From: Callorhinchus milii
Taxonomy: Eukaryota
Length of the DNA: 64,000 nt
NCBI RefSeq assembly: GCF_018977255.1
Contig: NW_024705156.1
Location: forward strand, 1 to 64,000
Direction of reading: 5' to 3'
Shown one piece after another: positions 43,201-54,073 of the stretch (position 1 is the first letter of the stretch; each line of letters begins with the position of its first letter). The notes beneath the pieces are model-generated. The model ran no database searches and was not told the DNA's origin. It saw nothing but the letters and a program-made list of their open reading frames with translations. The position numbers were made by a program, and so were the translations under genes.

Positions 43201-44030
43201 GAGAGGACCTATGTCCTATCGAGTTCTGGCGTGTCGCCAGTCCTGATTGGACCTACCCGGACTGCAAGAATAAATTATACTCGGTGCGGTCATGCAAGCG
43301 ACATCTGCATCTCTCGGGGACCGGTACATGAACGGTCATAAAAGCTTTCTTCCAGATAAACGATCATTGGACTGCAGTATTCCCTAACTATTCGATTTAA
43401 TCTTTGTATTGGCACCTGCCGATCTGGTTAGAGGGCTGCATCTCAGCTTGCCGGACACCAGTTCTATAACACAGATATAGATCGAACTACTGAAGCGGTA
43501 GTGGGCTAGGCTGAAGTGCGCGCTTGAAATAAAACTCACGCAGCCGTTCCAAATTGTAAGTACAGACGAGTACGTGTGATTTTAGCGCAAGTCGTCGCCG
43601 GTCCGAGGCTTTGAAGGCGGGCATGGTATTATAATCATTTCTGTCTCTCGTCTTTGAGTTCTGTCGTGATATGGTAATGTCGTAGCAGGGGCAAGTCATA
43701 ATTGGTTGCACATTAACTGCACACCTGACTTTTACCCTGGCAGTGAAGTAAATAAGAATTACCTGTCAGTCTATCCGCTCTGCGGCTGACAGGCCTGCAG
43801 CCTTCGGAGCCGAGCGCACGACCAGGTATGTTATGGACTCGCGCTTTCTCATCGTTCGGAGTGTACCGTAGTCTCTGGGCGAATAATTCTTGCCAATAGT
43901 ATCTACGGGATCCGTATCGCGATCTTAGACACCCGCAAGGGCTCGTAATTTTGGGCATTAACGGTGGCTCACAGATCGCTTGCATGTCTTCGACTTACAC
44001 TATGAGATCTCTTTTACCAGTGGCAAAATA
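1252..44030. other. Statistically random-looking block; no supportable genes (probable synthetic filler, shuffled sequence or randomised gap)
   Basis: About 50% GC in spot-counted lines; TpA, CpG and CTAG are common; no microsatellites, SINEs or long A/T tracts, unlike both flanks. Longest ORF is 181 aa, close to the ~170 codons expected for random sequence of this length. No ORF has a recognisable motif. Starts at the N gap and ends where the palindrome arm begins. Confidence 0.85.
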
Positions 44031-44294
44031 TAATAGTAGGTTTTTACCCTTTTAACTGTACAAAACTGACACCTTTATTCAAGGCATCATGTTTGCAATG
44101 ACCACAACACAAGTAGTCAAAAAAGCAAACAAAAAGAAGCAACTCTGATAGATGATAATATGCATGTCTTATATCTTATCAGAGTTGCTTCTTTTTGTTT
44201 GCTTTTTGACTACTTGTGTTGTGGTATTGCAAACATGATGCCTTGAATAAAGGTGTCAGTTTTGTACCAGTTAAAGGGTAAAAACCTACTATTA
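44031..44294. repeat. Long spacer-less palindrome (~130 bp arms) centred on atgcat at 44160-44165
   Basis: taatagtaggtttttaccc...aactctgata is the reverse complement of tatcagagtt...gggtaaaaacctactatta. Differences are mostly 1-nt indels. Confidence 0.95.
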
Positions 44295-44620
44295 CGTTAA
44301 CATTCTTAATAAGATTCATTCTCAAGCACGCAAGCATGCATGTTTATTAAGATATGTGTTTCTTTAGGTGAACCTGCAAACATTAGATCGTTGAAAATAC
44401 CCTCGAAGCTTTAATTTGATGCGAAATCTGTCAGTGTGGAGCTTGTGGGTGACAAGGAGATGAGGATTCAGAGGGGAAAAACACATATACATAAATGAAT
44501 GTGCAACTGCAATTAGTAAGGGAGGAACTAAAAAAACTTAACAACGAGGAATAGGATGATGGACTTTCACAATGCGTTTGCTTCTTTAGAAACGTACATT
44601 GAGATTATTTATATTATGTT

Positions 44621-44722
44621 GGTGATATTGATGTCCAAATGATGGGTCACTTTGTTGAGCGATCATTTGTGGCCAGGTCGCTTCTGAAAATAAGTTGATA
44701 CCTAAGTGGGCTTTGCCTGGTA
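44621..44722 (+). mobile_element. 3' tail fragment of the V-SINE-like family
   Basis: cactttgttgagcgatcatttgtggccaggtcgcttctgaaaa...agtgggctttgcctgg closely matches the tails at ~50557-50630 and ~61374-61446. Confidence 0.75.
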
Positions 44723-47497
44723 GGATGGGGTTTGTTTAATTTTATTTGTATGTGTTTGGGTGGTTTGTTTACATTTATTGTACTTTGCACTGCTATCATG
44801 TGTCTGTACTGTTTGTTGTTGAAACGTTCTTACCCACCCCTACTGGACATCTGTGAAAAAATTGCTTTTTAGCTCATCGGATTCCTCCAGTATAAATCAA
44901 TATTCTGTTTCTGACTTGCAAAATGGGCTTCTCAATCGTTCTCGGCGACTGTTTTGCAAGCTCTCCAAACTGGGCTTGGCTGTAATCGGATGTCAAACGT
45001 TTGATGATGGTTTTCTCGATAAAAAATGGCTACTCGGACGTACGTAGGGGCTTCCCAGGTTTACTGGTAGGGCCAGCTTGAGTGCTCGGCTTAATTTGGT
45101 GCAGAGGAAGTTTTGCTAATTTATCTGAAGTGATCAAATCTGTAAGTGACAAGAAAAAACCCCATCATCATGGTAGGAAGACCAATCGACACAGGCCAGG
45201 AAAAAACCCCCACAAGCTTCAGACAAACACACCGCAGAAATGTACAAAAAGCACGTGAGCTTTGCACATTCCACTAAGTGTATTGCTTTTAGTTTAATCT
45301 GGTCGCCTCTTCAGAGAAAAAAACCCATCAGCGGCTGGCCATACAACTGTGTGCCATTGAAAGCTGGCCGGGGCGAAGTGGGTGGCAGAGAAGATATGTT
45401 ACAGGTAATCTGTACGTCCTTGATGTTTAATATATATACACACACACGCGTGTTCACTGGGGGAGGGGGGGGGGAAGAGACAAATGAGGCTGGTGGCTGG
45501 GGTTGTGCTAGAAACGTGCCGACAGGGGACAGCGGGTGTGGGGGAATGGGGGGTACATATGAGGAGGCACGTGGCGATTGAGAAAGATGCTCAAGCCTCA
45601 TTAACCTTAACAATACAATCTTTTTAAGGACTTGTGGCAGTCGGCATTGGCTTCTCACTCGAGTGGGAGGCGCACCCCGGCTGATACTGACAGACCTACC
45701 CACTGACCTCAATGACCCTCACCACCAGCACACTTTGCCTCGTTTAACCACACACTCATGCTTGCTCTGCTGTTTGCTCCACTGTTATCTTTCACTGCCG
45801 TACACACGCATCCTTGCCGAAATGTATCGGCTGTATAACCCAAGTGTAATGGTTCATTCAGTACTGCAACATGAGCAACCATTAGTCGAAATTGTCCAAA
45901 TTTAGTTTTTTAAAATAATTATATTATTCTGGAGACATGCTCTGGCAGACCTCTTAACGTATATTATTTTTAACTGATAGTCACACGTGCTATTTTTTAC
46001 TGACAGTTTCTCTTGGCTTCTGTTTTCGTCATGTTCTGGAATTAGGGTTCATCTCACGTGTACATTTTGTTAAGATCTTTGATAAATATTGATGAGCGTT
46101 GCTACTTACCAACGTACACATTTTAACATTAAAAACACTTTTAGTTTACATCATAAATATGTAACAATATGAATATAGAAGTTTACCATATGCTGAAATG
46201 TTAACTGATTATTAATGATTCATATGAATGTAAGGTTTTTTTCTGTATTGATTAACATCCTGGCCCTGCATGATGCTGTTTTGACCTTTATCACATGTGT
46301 ACTAACATCGCCTTTGTGGCCCAGACGTTTAGGGTCAAAAGCCTCTCATATGACGTTGAAATAAAGCCCATTGAACATTATCATAATTGTGTTAAATTTG
46401 AACATAACATCAAAGTGCAACATTTTTCAAACTTACTTAACGGTAAAAAATGCATTTAAATTAAGTAATGTATTTAAAGTGATATGGTTAACCTTAAGTA
46501 CTGTGCTATCATACTCTACGACGTTTGCCTTTAAACGTCACGAAATGAGAAATTCGCAGAGTGCCTTTTTATTCTGAAAACCAATTAATTTTAATAAAGC
46601 GCTACGTGCTGCCGCCATCTATACCAAACTCAGTTTGCGTTAAAAAAAAAAACATCGTAAATCTCTCCATTGTTTTGAAGTGCAGCAGGGCTTTTGTAAC
46701 TTCTAGAGAAGCTGCGAGACGCGCACAAGCAATCTGCGCACATCACGCTCGCATCAAACGGCTGGGCCACATCTCCAACGATTCCATGTATCGGTGGTCG
46801 CATCAGTGAGCTGTAATTGATTTCGTATGTAGTGAGTTGCTCGTTGGGGTTTCGCTGCATTCGTCTAAAAGTTTGAACTAAAGACTGCCAGCATCTATGG
46901 ATGAACATATATATATATATTTTAAAACAGCCCACGCATTAAAATCCCCCTCGGGGCGAAACAACGGTGGCAGAGAGAACACCCACCGTCTCTGGTTTAC
47001 ACAGCAACAACAAGGAAATCACCCCAGAGCAGTTCCATAATAACATCCACGCTGAAGGCAGTGACTATGAAATGTTTCATATAAAATAAATCGTGGGGGG
47101 GGGGGAGAAGACAGATACATATTTTCTTAAGCTCAGCCCTGAACAACTCCATCTGAAAATAAGCCTGCAAATAACAATGGAGTGGAGTGTTTCACAAAAG
47201 TGATGGAAACTAAGTTTTGCTCTTTGAAAATTGGAGGAAAAAACTCAATAAATCTGAATGTGAGCCCAAATAATGGACACGTACATGAAATGTTTACTGT
47301 ATTGGTCATGGTCTGTACAAGGGCTGCATGTCATTCCAGATAAGACAGACATGTAGTAGATTATGTAAGGCATATAATGCACTATGGCAGACAGTAGCAT
47401 TCTGAATGGGCTTATTTTGGAGGACACCACCTTGTGTGAGACTCATTATCATCACCTGGCTCCGCCAAGGAGCGGGTCTGGCTGTGACATCCATGTG

Positions 47498-47661
47498 TTC
47501 TTAACCCATTCTTAACCCATTCTTAACCCATTCTTAACCCATTCTTAACCCATTCTTAACCATTCTTAACCCATTCTTAACCCATTCTTAACCCATTGTT
47601 AACTCATTCTTAACCATTCTTAACCCATTCTTAACCCATTCTTAACCCATTCTTAACCCAT
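47498..47661 (+). repeat. Minisatellite, 11-bp unit CTTAACCCATT, ~15 copies
   Basis: Directly visible tandem array with a few variant units (cttaaccatt, gttaactcatt). Confidence 0.97.
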
Positions 47662-47963
47662 GAAATATCTGCGTTGCGCGTTACTCGAGAGAGGATTAAG
47701 AGTGCTCCATCGGTGTTGCGTTGCCTGCGAGCTAATAACTAAGTAGACAGTCAAGCAGGTGCATTAAGTAACGATCGTTTTCCTACAAGGACACAGTAAA
47801 CGCAATTGTTAATTATTCATAATTGGTTTCTGTTCAGTTGAGTCGCGTAAAAATGTGTGGTAACGCTGCTTCACCCAACGCACATTTTGACGTGACATAA
47901 TCCCCCCAAAAACAATTATGAATTATAATATAGGACGTGAAAGCCTAATGATGTAATTAAAAT

Positions 47964-48181
47964 TGGTGGCGCAGTGGTTTGCACGCTGCGCCATGAACCC
48001 GGAAACACGAGTTCGATTCCCGACCACAGATAGCATCAGTGGGGGAGGGACATCTGAACTTAGTGGTCCTAGATCACCCCCCCCCACCCCCTTCATCATC
48101 CAATACCGAGAAGCTTGGTGAAGTATGGTTCAAAAGCCTCCACAAGCGACACAGCACGTGGAAGCCTTCATCTGGCGGTGG
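47964..48181 (+). mobile_element. tRNA-derived SINE (family 2) with RTE-like 3' tail
   Basis: A-box-like ggtggcgcagtggtt and B-box gagttcgattcc. Head shared with 48733-48868. Body and tail (catcagt...tggtcct...gaagtatggt...gccttcatc..gc.gtgg) shared with 50681-50830. The tail resembles the gaggccttc.tccagcagtgg 3' end of RTE-clade LINEs (recalled, not searched). Confidence 0.7.
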
Positions 48182-48670
48182 CGGTGCAGTGCACGCCTGT
48201 AATCCAGCACTATGATGGCAGCAAGGGTTGGCGGATCACACCACACATGTTGTGAACCTCGTGGGAGTCGAGGTGCCACATACCCTAGCTTGTCAGAAGG
48301 ATCGAGTGTTGAACCCCTCACCCACGTGAGATTTTTCTGGGCGCTCTGGCTTCCTCCCACATGCAAACACTCATACTGGTAGGAACCTCCTGGTTACACC
48401 AGCCCACAGGGGATTATTGTGTCCGTCGTGCAAGGGATGGGCTGGGTGGGGAGGGTGGGAGTGGGGGTGGAGGGGTGGGGCTGGGTGGGGAGGGGCTGGT
48501 CACCCCGTGGTGCCCTTATAAAACTCTACTCACGCCGGCTTGTGCCCGCCCTCACAGTCGGGCATATTTGCGGAATACACCACGCCGCGGTTGACTCTGG
48601 CCATTGACCGAGTAACCCAACGTTCCGACCAGCTCCCTCCGCAGGAATGTGCTTAATTGGTCAATAAAAC
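48181..48670 (+). mobile_element. Candidate 7SL-derived SINE with V-domain-like core
   Basis: 48181-48276 resembles the 7SL/Alu 5' domain (cacgcctgtaatcc-agcact...ggcggatcac...tgaacc..gggagtcgaggtgc). 48324-48365 cgtgagatttttctgggcgctctggcttcctcccacat resembles the V-SINE core. The 3' end at caataaaac (~48670) is a guess. Confidence 0.5.
48434..48496 (+). other. G-quadruplex-forming G-rich tract
   Basis: At least 11 closely spaced runs of GGG or longer (gggatgggctgggtggggagggtgggagtggggg...). Confidence 0.7.
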
Positions 48671-48732
48671 CTTGATATGTGGAGGATCACGTAACATTAA
48701 ATGTGTTAATATTCATAGCGAACTGGATATTT

Positions 48733-48868
48733 GGGTGAAATAGTGGTGCAGTGGTTTGCCCGCTGCGCCGCGAACCTGGCAATGTGAGTATGATTCCCAG
48801 CCAGGGATATCATCAGCGGGGGAGATAAATCTGAATGATTGTGAAAGGGCTATAAATGAATATTATTT
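48733..48868 (+). mobile_element. tRNA-derived SINE (family 2 head) with short AT-rich tail
   Basis: tggtgcagtggtttgcccgctgcgccgcgaacctgg...gattccc...catcagcgggggagataaatctgaa aligns with 47964-48058, then diverges into tgtgaaagggctataaatgaatattatt. Confidence 0.7.
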
Positions 48869-50364
48869 AAAAAAATCGGATTGTGTGCACCTCTTGCCCT
48901 GTGTGTGTGTATCCGAGTACAAGTAGTACGCACGTGATTTTTGGAACTCTCACCATTCAGTACACATCTTTCTATGCAGAAAATACGCTTGTCTCATTGA
49001 TCCTCCGTTATACAACAGTTTCATGCCGTGCTGAAAACGAACTTGACTCTACACACTTATTCTGAGCAGACGTGTTACAATTTATCCCAACGTTCCTATT
49101 TATTTATTTTCCCGCTCGGTACTCTGGAGGGCATTTGGAGTCATGTAATCGAGATGTAACATTAGGTTTAACATTGGACCGTGACCAAACTTAAAAGTCT
49201 ACAGTTATGGACATAAATGCTTTTCAATTTCTTGTCGTGGGCATTAGAAAATGCATTGAGCTGCCAAGGTTTTGAAGGCAGTGGTGACGTGGTTACGCTC
49301 AGCTTCATCTCAATCCGTGCATATATTCCCCCACCGTAGTAAATTTCTTGGCATTTTCTCCCATAAAGGGCTTTTTAACAAAGGTGTTATTGGCCGTCGT
49401 TGCCTATCTGGTGGCTTTCAATCGTGTGTTACACCCAGGGATTTCAATTTTTACAGGAAGCATCTGTGGAGGCAGACCTAATTTTTGGAAGGGCAAAAAT
49501 AAATAAATCTGTTTCTAGAATAGTAAACAGGTCATTTGTGGGTATAATGAGGAGAGAGAAATATATTATTTTCTCAAGGGAGAAAAAGGTTCTGCTGACC
49601 TGGATCTGCACCACTGCTCTCACTTACGCTACAAAAGCAATGCCACCAACACCTCAAACTGGGTTTTCAGTTCACAATTTTGTTCGAACAAAGTGTCATT
49701 TATCCAATCAATACATTGTTCAGAAAATCTACAGTCCTCAGAAGTCAAAAAACGATTTCACAGACTTAAAAATTGCGTCGAATAAATGCAATCAGGATGC
49801 AGCAGATAAGTCGAAATAATCCACGCACGACGCATTTTATCCAAACACAGATGGATATATCCAGGGCACTTTTGTAAAAACAGTGCATTAATAGCAGCAC
49901 CATGGTATCAGTAGTGGTTGTTAAAAAAAAAGCAATCCCATTTATGTAACTGGTAAATAACTCAACTTGCACACATCTTGCAAAAAAAACGTTTCTATTT
50001 CTCATAATTGTTTCCTGTTTTGATTTTTTTCCCTGTTTTTATATCTCCTACTTTTTTTTCTCCTGAAAATCCAGTGCCGACCTCGCTGCCTGAAAAAATG
50101 ACCCCCTGACCTGCGCTGGATGAGCTGCTGACCACAGTGCATTTGACTTAAAAGTTAAGATCTTTTAAAAATTACGGAAGACACCCCTTGGAATATACCG
50201 TGGTTAAATGCGGCTGGAGGAGGTTGAACCCCAAGGGGCAAACTGTGTGTTATTTTTCAACTCAGAAAGAGAATTTTATTTTATTTTATTAGGGAGAGGA
50301 GAGGTGTTGCACAGTGATTATCTTGTGCTATGAACCTGACAGCCTGAGTTATATCCGTGACCAC

Positions 50365-50642
50365 GGCACCATGGTGGTGATATGTTAACGACCTCGCCTG
50401 GTCTACAGGAGATCGTGCGTTCGATCCCGATCCTGACACCTGTATTTTGAATGTTCTCCCCGTGAGCACGTGGGTTTTTCTCTGGGTCCTCCGATTTTTC
50501 CCTCCACATTTAGAATCATGCATTTGGCTGCTATAAATGTCCACACGATCATTAGCCACTTTGTTGAGCTATCATTTTTGGCCAGATCGCTTCTGAAAAG
50601 ATCTGAATAGCTCAGTGGGCCTTACCTGGTCAGTTAAAAAAA
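50365..50642 (+). mobile_element. V-SINE-like tRNA-derived SINE
   Basis: tRNA-like head with B-box gcgttcgatcc; V-domain-like core atgttctccccgtgagcacgtgggtttttctctgggtcctccgatttttccctccacat; tail shared with the 44621 and 61158 copies, ending in an A-rich run. Confidence 0.8.
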
Positions 50643-50680
50643 TAGTTTAGTTTGAGTTTAAACAGTTTATTTTTAATTAA

Positions 50681-50830
50681 CGTCAGTGACGAGAGATATC
50701 CAAAGGGGTCAATGGTCCTTCCATTCTCCATCAAGCGCATACATATCCGCAAAGCGAAGTATGGTCAAACAACCTCCATGACTGACATGTGGGGGAGGCC
50801 TTCATCCAGCAGTGGATGAGCAAACAGCCG
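50681..50830 (+). mobile_element. 5'-truncated family 2 SINE with RTE-like tail
   Basis: cgtcagtgacgagagatatcc...atggtcct...gaagtatggtcaaacaacctcca...gggggaggccttcatccagcagtgg aligns with 48035-48181. Confidence 0.65.
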
Positions 50831-52809
50831 GACAAGAATTCCAAACCAATCCTTGCCATCGTGTTCCGCAAACAGCGTCTGGGATTGTGTTAGTTTTAGC
50901 TGCGTAATAATTCACCCCCTGGTGATATGAATTGTCATGACGTTCAGGGTCTATTTTGGTTTTCCCACATCATCCTCTTGTTGAAGTAGCCGTTTTCCCT
51001 GAAGATTCAAAATCCTAGTTTTTGTCAGTTGCATAATAATAATATGCCACTGAAGACAATGCATCTCGTGTACAGTAGTTATCCTCTCTTCTGGTATTGT
51101 GAGGCATTCTTCTTTGCGTTATTTGTCCCATTTTTTTTTATACCTCAGGGGTGGTGACCCTAGTCACGAAATGATTTAAGAATGGATTCTTTTCCCCCCA
51201 TTATGGTGCATTTACAACCTCTAATAGCTGCAGGGGTCACGTGAACCTATTACAACGTATAGGAATACAAACATACGCAATTCTAACACGCAAATGTCAA
51301 TGCGTGCGTTGTGAGCCTTTCAAATCAATTATTATTATTGGGGAATAGATGTATGCTAACATTCCAAACGGTCACGTAAAAAAACGATAGCACCATAACT
51401 GCAAGATAACTGACAGATATGCATAAAATGGATTTTTTTATGCTCATTAACTATTAAACGAGCGAATACATTTTACATTAAAACTGCAATAAAGTTACGA
51501 CGAAACAAGTGAAAGGGGTTAACTCCGTGAAGACAAAAAGGGGTTAAGGCCTGTAAAAATATAATCTAGCGTGACGTAAGGGAGCATATGTGTGGTTGGT
51601 GTTGGCTTGAGTTAAGTCCAACGCAAGCCGTGCTATCGATTTGGCGAGTAAAACACCGGCGGAACACCACTCAAAAGGGATAGGTGGGACAACACGGCGA
51701 TCCGGCGTAAATCAACATAAATCTATCCCCCTTTCACAGAAAAGGAAAGTCCTTTTAGGCTCGCTGTAAATCCAGGAGCTTAGAGTAACAGTGTCCTTAC
51801 AGATTCAGCATTCTCCGTAGGTCAGCGAAGACACGTTTTTCAAAGCAAATATATGGAGAAAATGTCAGTAACTCAAGCTGAGTAATAACTGCTTGCATTA
51901 ATGAGAACGTTTAAATAAAGGAGAGACTCGTAAGCTCTCGCTTGCTTTCCAGCAGCGTCTGCGTTCATCTTTCATTGTTTTTTTCTACATACAACATTTT
52001 CATTAGCTTCTAATGTGGTTTAATTATAGGATTGTCTACTCATATTAAATATAAGGCCTAATTATCCCGGGAGGTTTATGTATATTATGAACACAATGCA
52101 CTCATCATTCACGGTCTCGTAGCATTCATTAACTGGGCATGACATTTATCGTCGGGGCTGGAGTCACGGACCCACAGAGGACCCAAAGTCACTCTGTGCG
52201 CTTCAGCAGACACTGTGGTTCGGAAACCACAGACGGGCGGTGTTTAACAGACACACGCAACCAGGGAACGCGAGGGAGAATCTGTCAGGCCGCCGCTCCG
52301 CATTTCACCTCGCTCATGAACACACAAACGACGAAACAATACACCGCAGAGCCGTGTAGACTGTTGGGGCAAGTGCTCCAGTGAGCATCTATTGAGCCCA
52401 GAAAAATGCATCACTGATTTTGTCTCCTCGGTACGGATGATGAAATACCCCATGAGGCACTCAATGCTGAGTTGACCTACACTGGATGCCCAGAAGGACA
52501 TGCTCCAATCCTACTTCGCCACTGATGTTATCCATTGGCCAGGAATTGAACTCAACTTTACAGAGCAGCGCTGTGCGGGAAGCACTGCAACACTGCTCCA
52601 CACTGCATCGCAAATGAATTACATGAAAGGCAAATATTGTAGCCTACATAGACTGTTGGGGCAAATGCTGTTGACGCGTACCTTTGAAAGCCGGCACAGT
52701 GTATGGAGGAGTGGTATGGCTAGCACAATGCCCGGCCCCCTTTGTCTCCCACCGCTGACGTTTAAAACACTGCAGCAATTACTAATTTGATGCTGAGTCA
52801 ATCGAGATG

Positions 52810-52883
52810 AAGCCCAGGACCAGTTCAGATATTTTCAAATGAAGTTGGCCGCGTTCGGAGCGCAGTTCGCTAACCACTAGACT
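52810..52883 (-). mobile_element. Decayed family 2 SINE fragment
   Basis: Minus strand reads tagtggttagcgaactgcgctccgaacgcgg...atatctgaactggtcct, resembling the head and body of 47964-48070 with an internal deletion. Confidence 0.45.
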
Positions 52884-52893
52884 CCCCCCCCTC

Positions 52894-52932
52894 CACACAC
52901 ACACACAGACACACACACACAGACACACACAC
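52894..52932 (+). repeat. (CA)n microsatellite with CAGA interruptions
   Basis: cacacacacacacagacacacacacacagacacacacac. Confidence 0.95.
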
Positions 52933-53327
52933 GCGTCGTTTGCTTGATTGGCGGGATGTGATTGTGTGTGTGCAGTTGGTGTGCTTCCGGGTTGCTAAGC
53001 TACATCATGTCCACATAACAGAATGTCAATTTGGTTACATTGTGGATACAAGACGACAAAAAGATGTAGGTGGACTCTTGACTGCAAACAATCCTATTGC
53101 AGGATGCCTTCATATCACGTTACTATTTGCGTATTCATGCATGCAATGTCAATGTTGTTTTTTGTGTGTGTAGCCATGTGGCATGAAATCTGCCTTCATG
53201 TTCAGCTGCGAGAAGCTTAGAGGGTTTGATTTCGATCGTATGACAACGAAAATAACCTTTGAAGTGTTAACGCATTTAAATTGGATTGTGGTACAGTACA
53301 TTCAGTGACAAACATTTTTTTAAAATG

Positions 53328-53783
53328 TGTAATAAAGGACTCGGACGCTTCTCTCTGACTCCGTGTCCTTTATTTGGGTTCTTCGTAATTACCCTCACGG
53401 CACTCTCCTAGAGATACTCTGCTTGCAGCCCCGGCTGCTATCACTATTGTAGCCTCCTTCCTCTCCTTGCAGACTCGCTGCTAACTCCGTGTGCAGACTC
53501 CCGCTGCCAACTCCGTGTGCAGACCCCCGCTGCCACCTGCAGCCTCCTCGCTGCTCCGGGTCGGTCACCGTTGGCCGACGGTGCCGAACCTCGTTCCCCG
53601 CATACGTGGTGATCTCGCCACTCTCCCGCTCTCGCCCTACGTGGCCTACCTCGTTCTTAGTCTCCCGTCACTCCCCCTCCTCTTCCGGTTTCTCTCCCTA
53701 TAGACCTGACCCCTCTCCCCCACGTGACCTAACTCCTCCCCTCATGACGTCACCTCCGGGAGGTCGTTCACGCCCGCATTACA
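53328..53783 (-). repeat. 3' LTR (456 bp)
   Basis: Matches 59352-59832 except 3 substitutions, 3 single-base indels and one fewer 26-bp tandem unit (manual comparison). Confidence 0.96.
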
Positions 53784-53796
53784 TCACCCTCCCCCG
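53784..53796 (-). other. Polypurine tract
   Basis: Minus strand cgggggagggtga immediately before the 3' LTR TGTAAT. Confidence 0.85.
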
Positions 53797-54073
53797 TAGA
53801 GAAAATCCAGCCGACCTCGGCTGAACAACAACCTAACAAGTAATGCGAGCGTAAAAGACCAATACATTAAAGGACACGAAGCATACAACAACAATATAAC
53901 AAGAACACAACACAAGTTAACGAAATGTGAGGGATTTCGAGCGAGTACGGGTAGCCGGACCGTCCCGGACGGTCGGCGGCCCTCCCGCCGAGCGGGAGCG
54001 TGGCAGGGTTTTAAGGGCGACAGGAGCAAGTTCGTCCGTCGCCATTGGAGGCCTGCCACCGTCCCGGTCCCGT

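Noticed and set aside
43981-44170. tgcatgtctt at 43981 and at the palindrome centre 44161
   Set aside because: A 10-mer without extension; cannot be separated from chance.
44834-45139. Possible 306-bp minus-strand exon with good acceptor (tttttcttgtcacttacag) and donor (gtaaga)
   Set aside because: All three frames contain stops and no homology is recognised; could be non-coding or indel-damaged, and needs RNA-seq.
51510-51737. piggyBac-like ends (gtgaaaggggttaa, aaaggggttaa, cccctttcac)
   Set aside because: No properly oriented TTAA-flanked terminal pair or transposase found.
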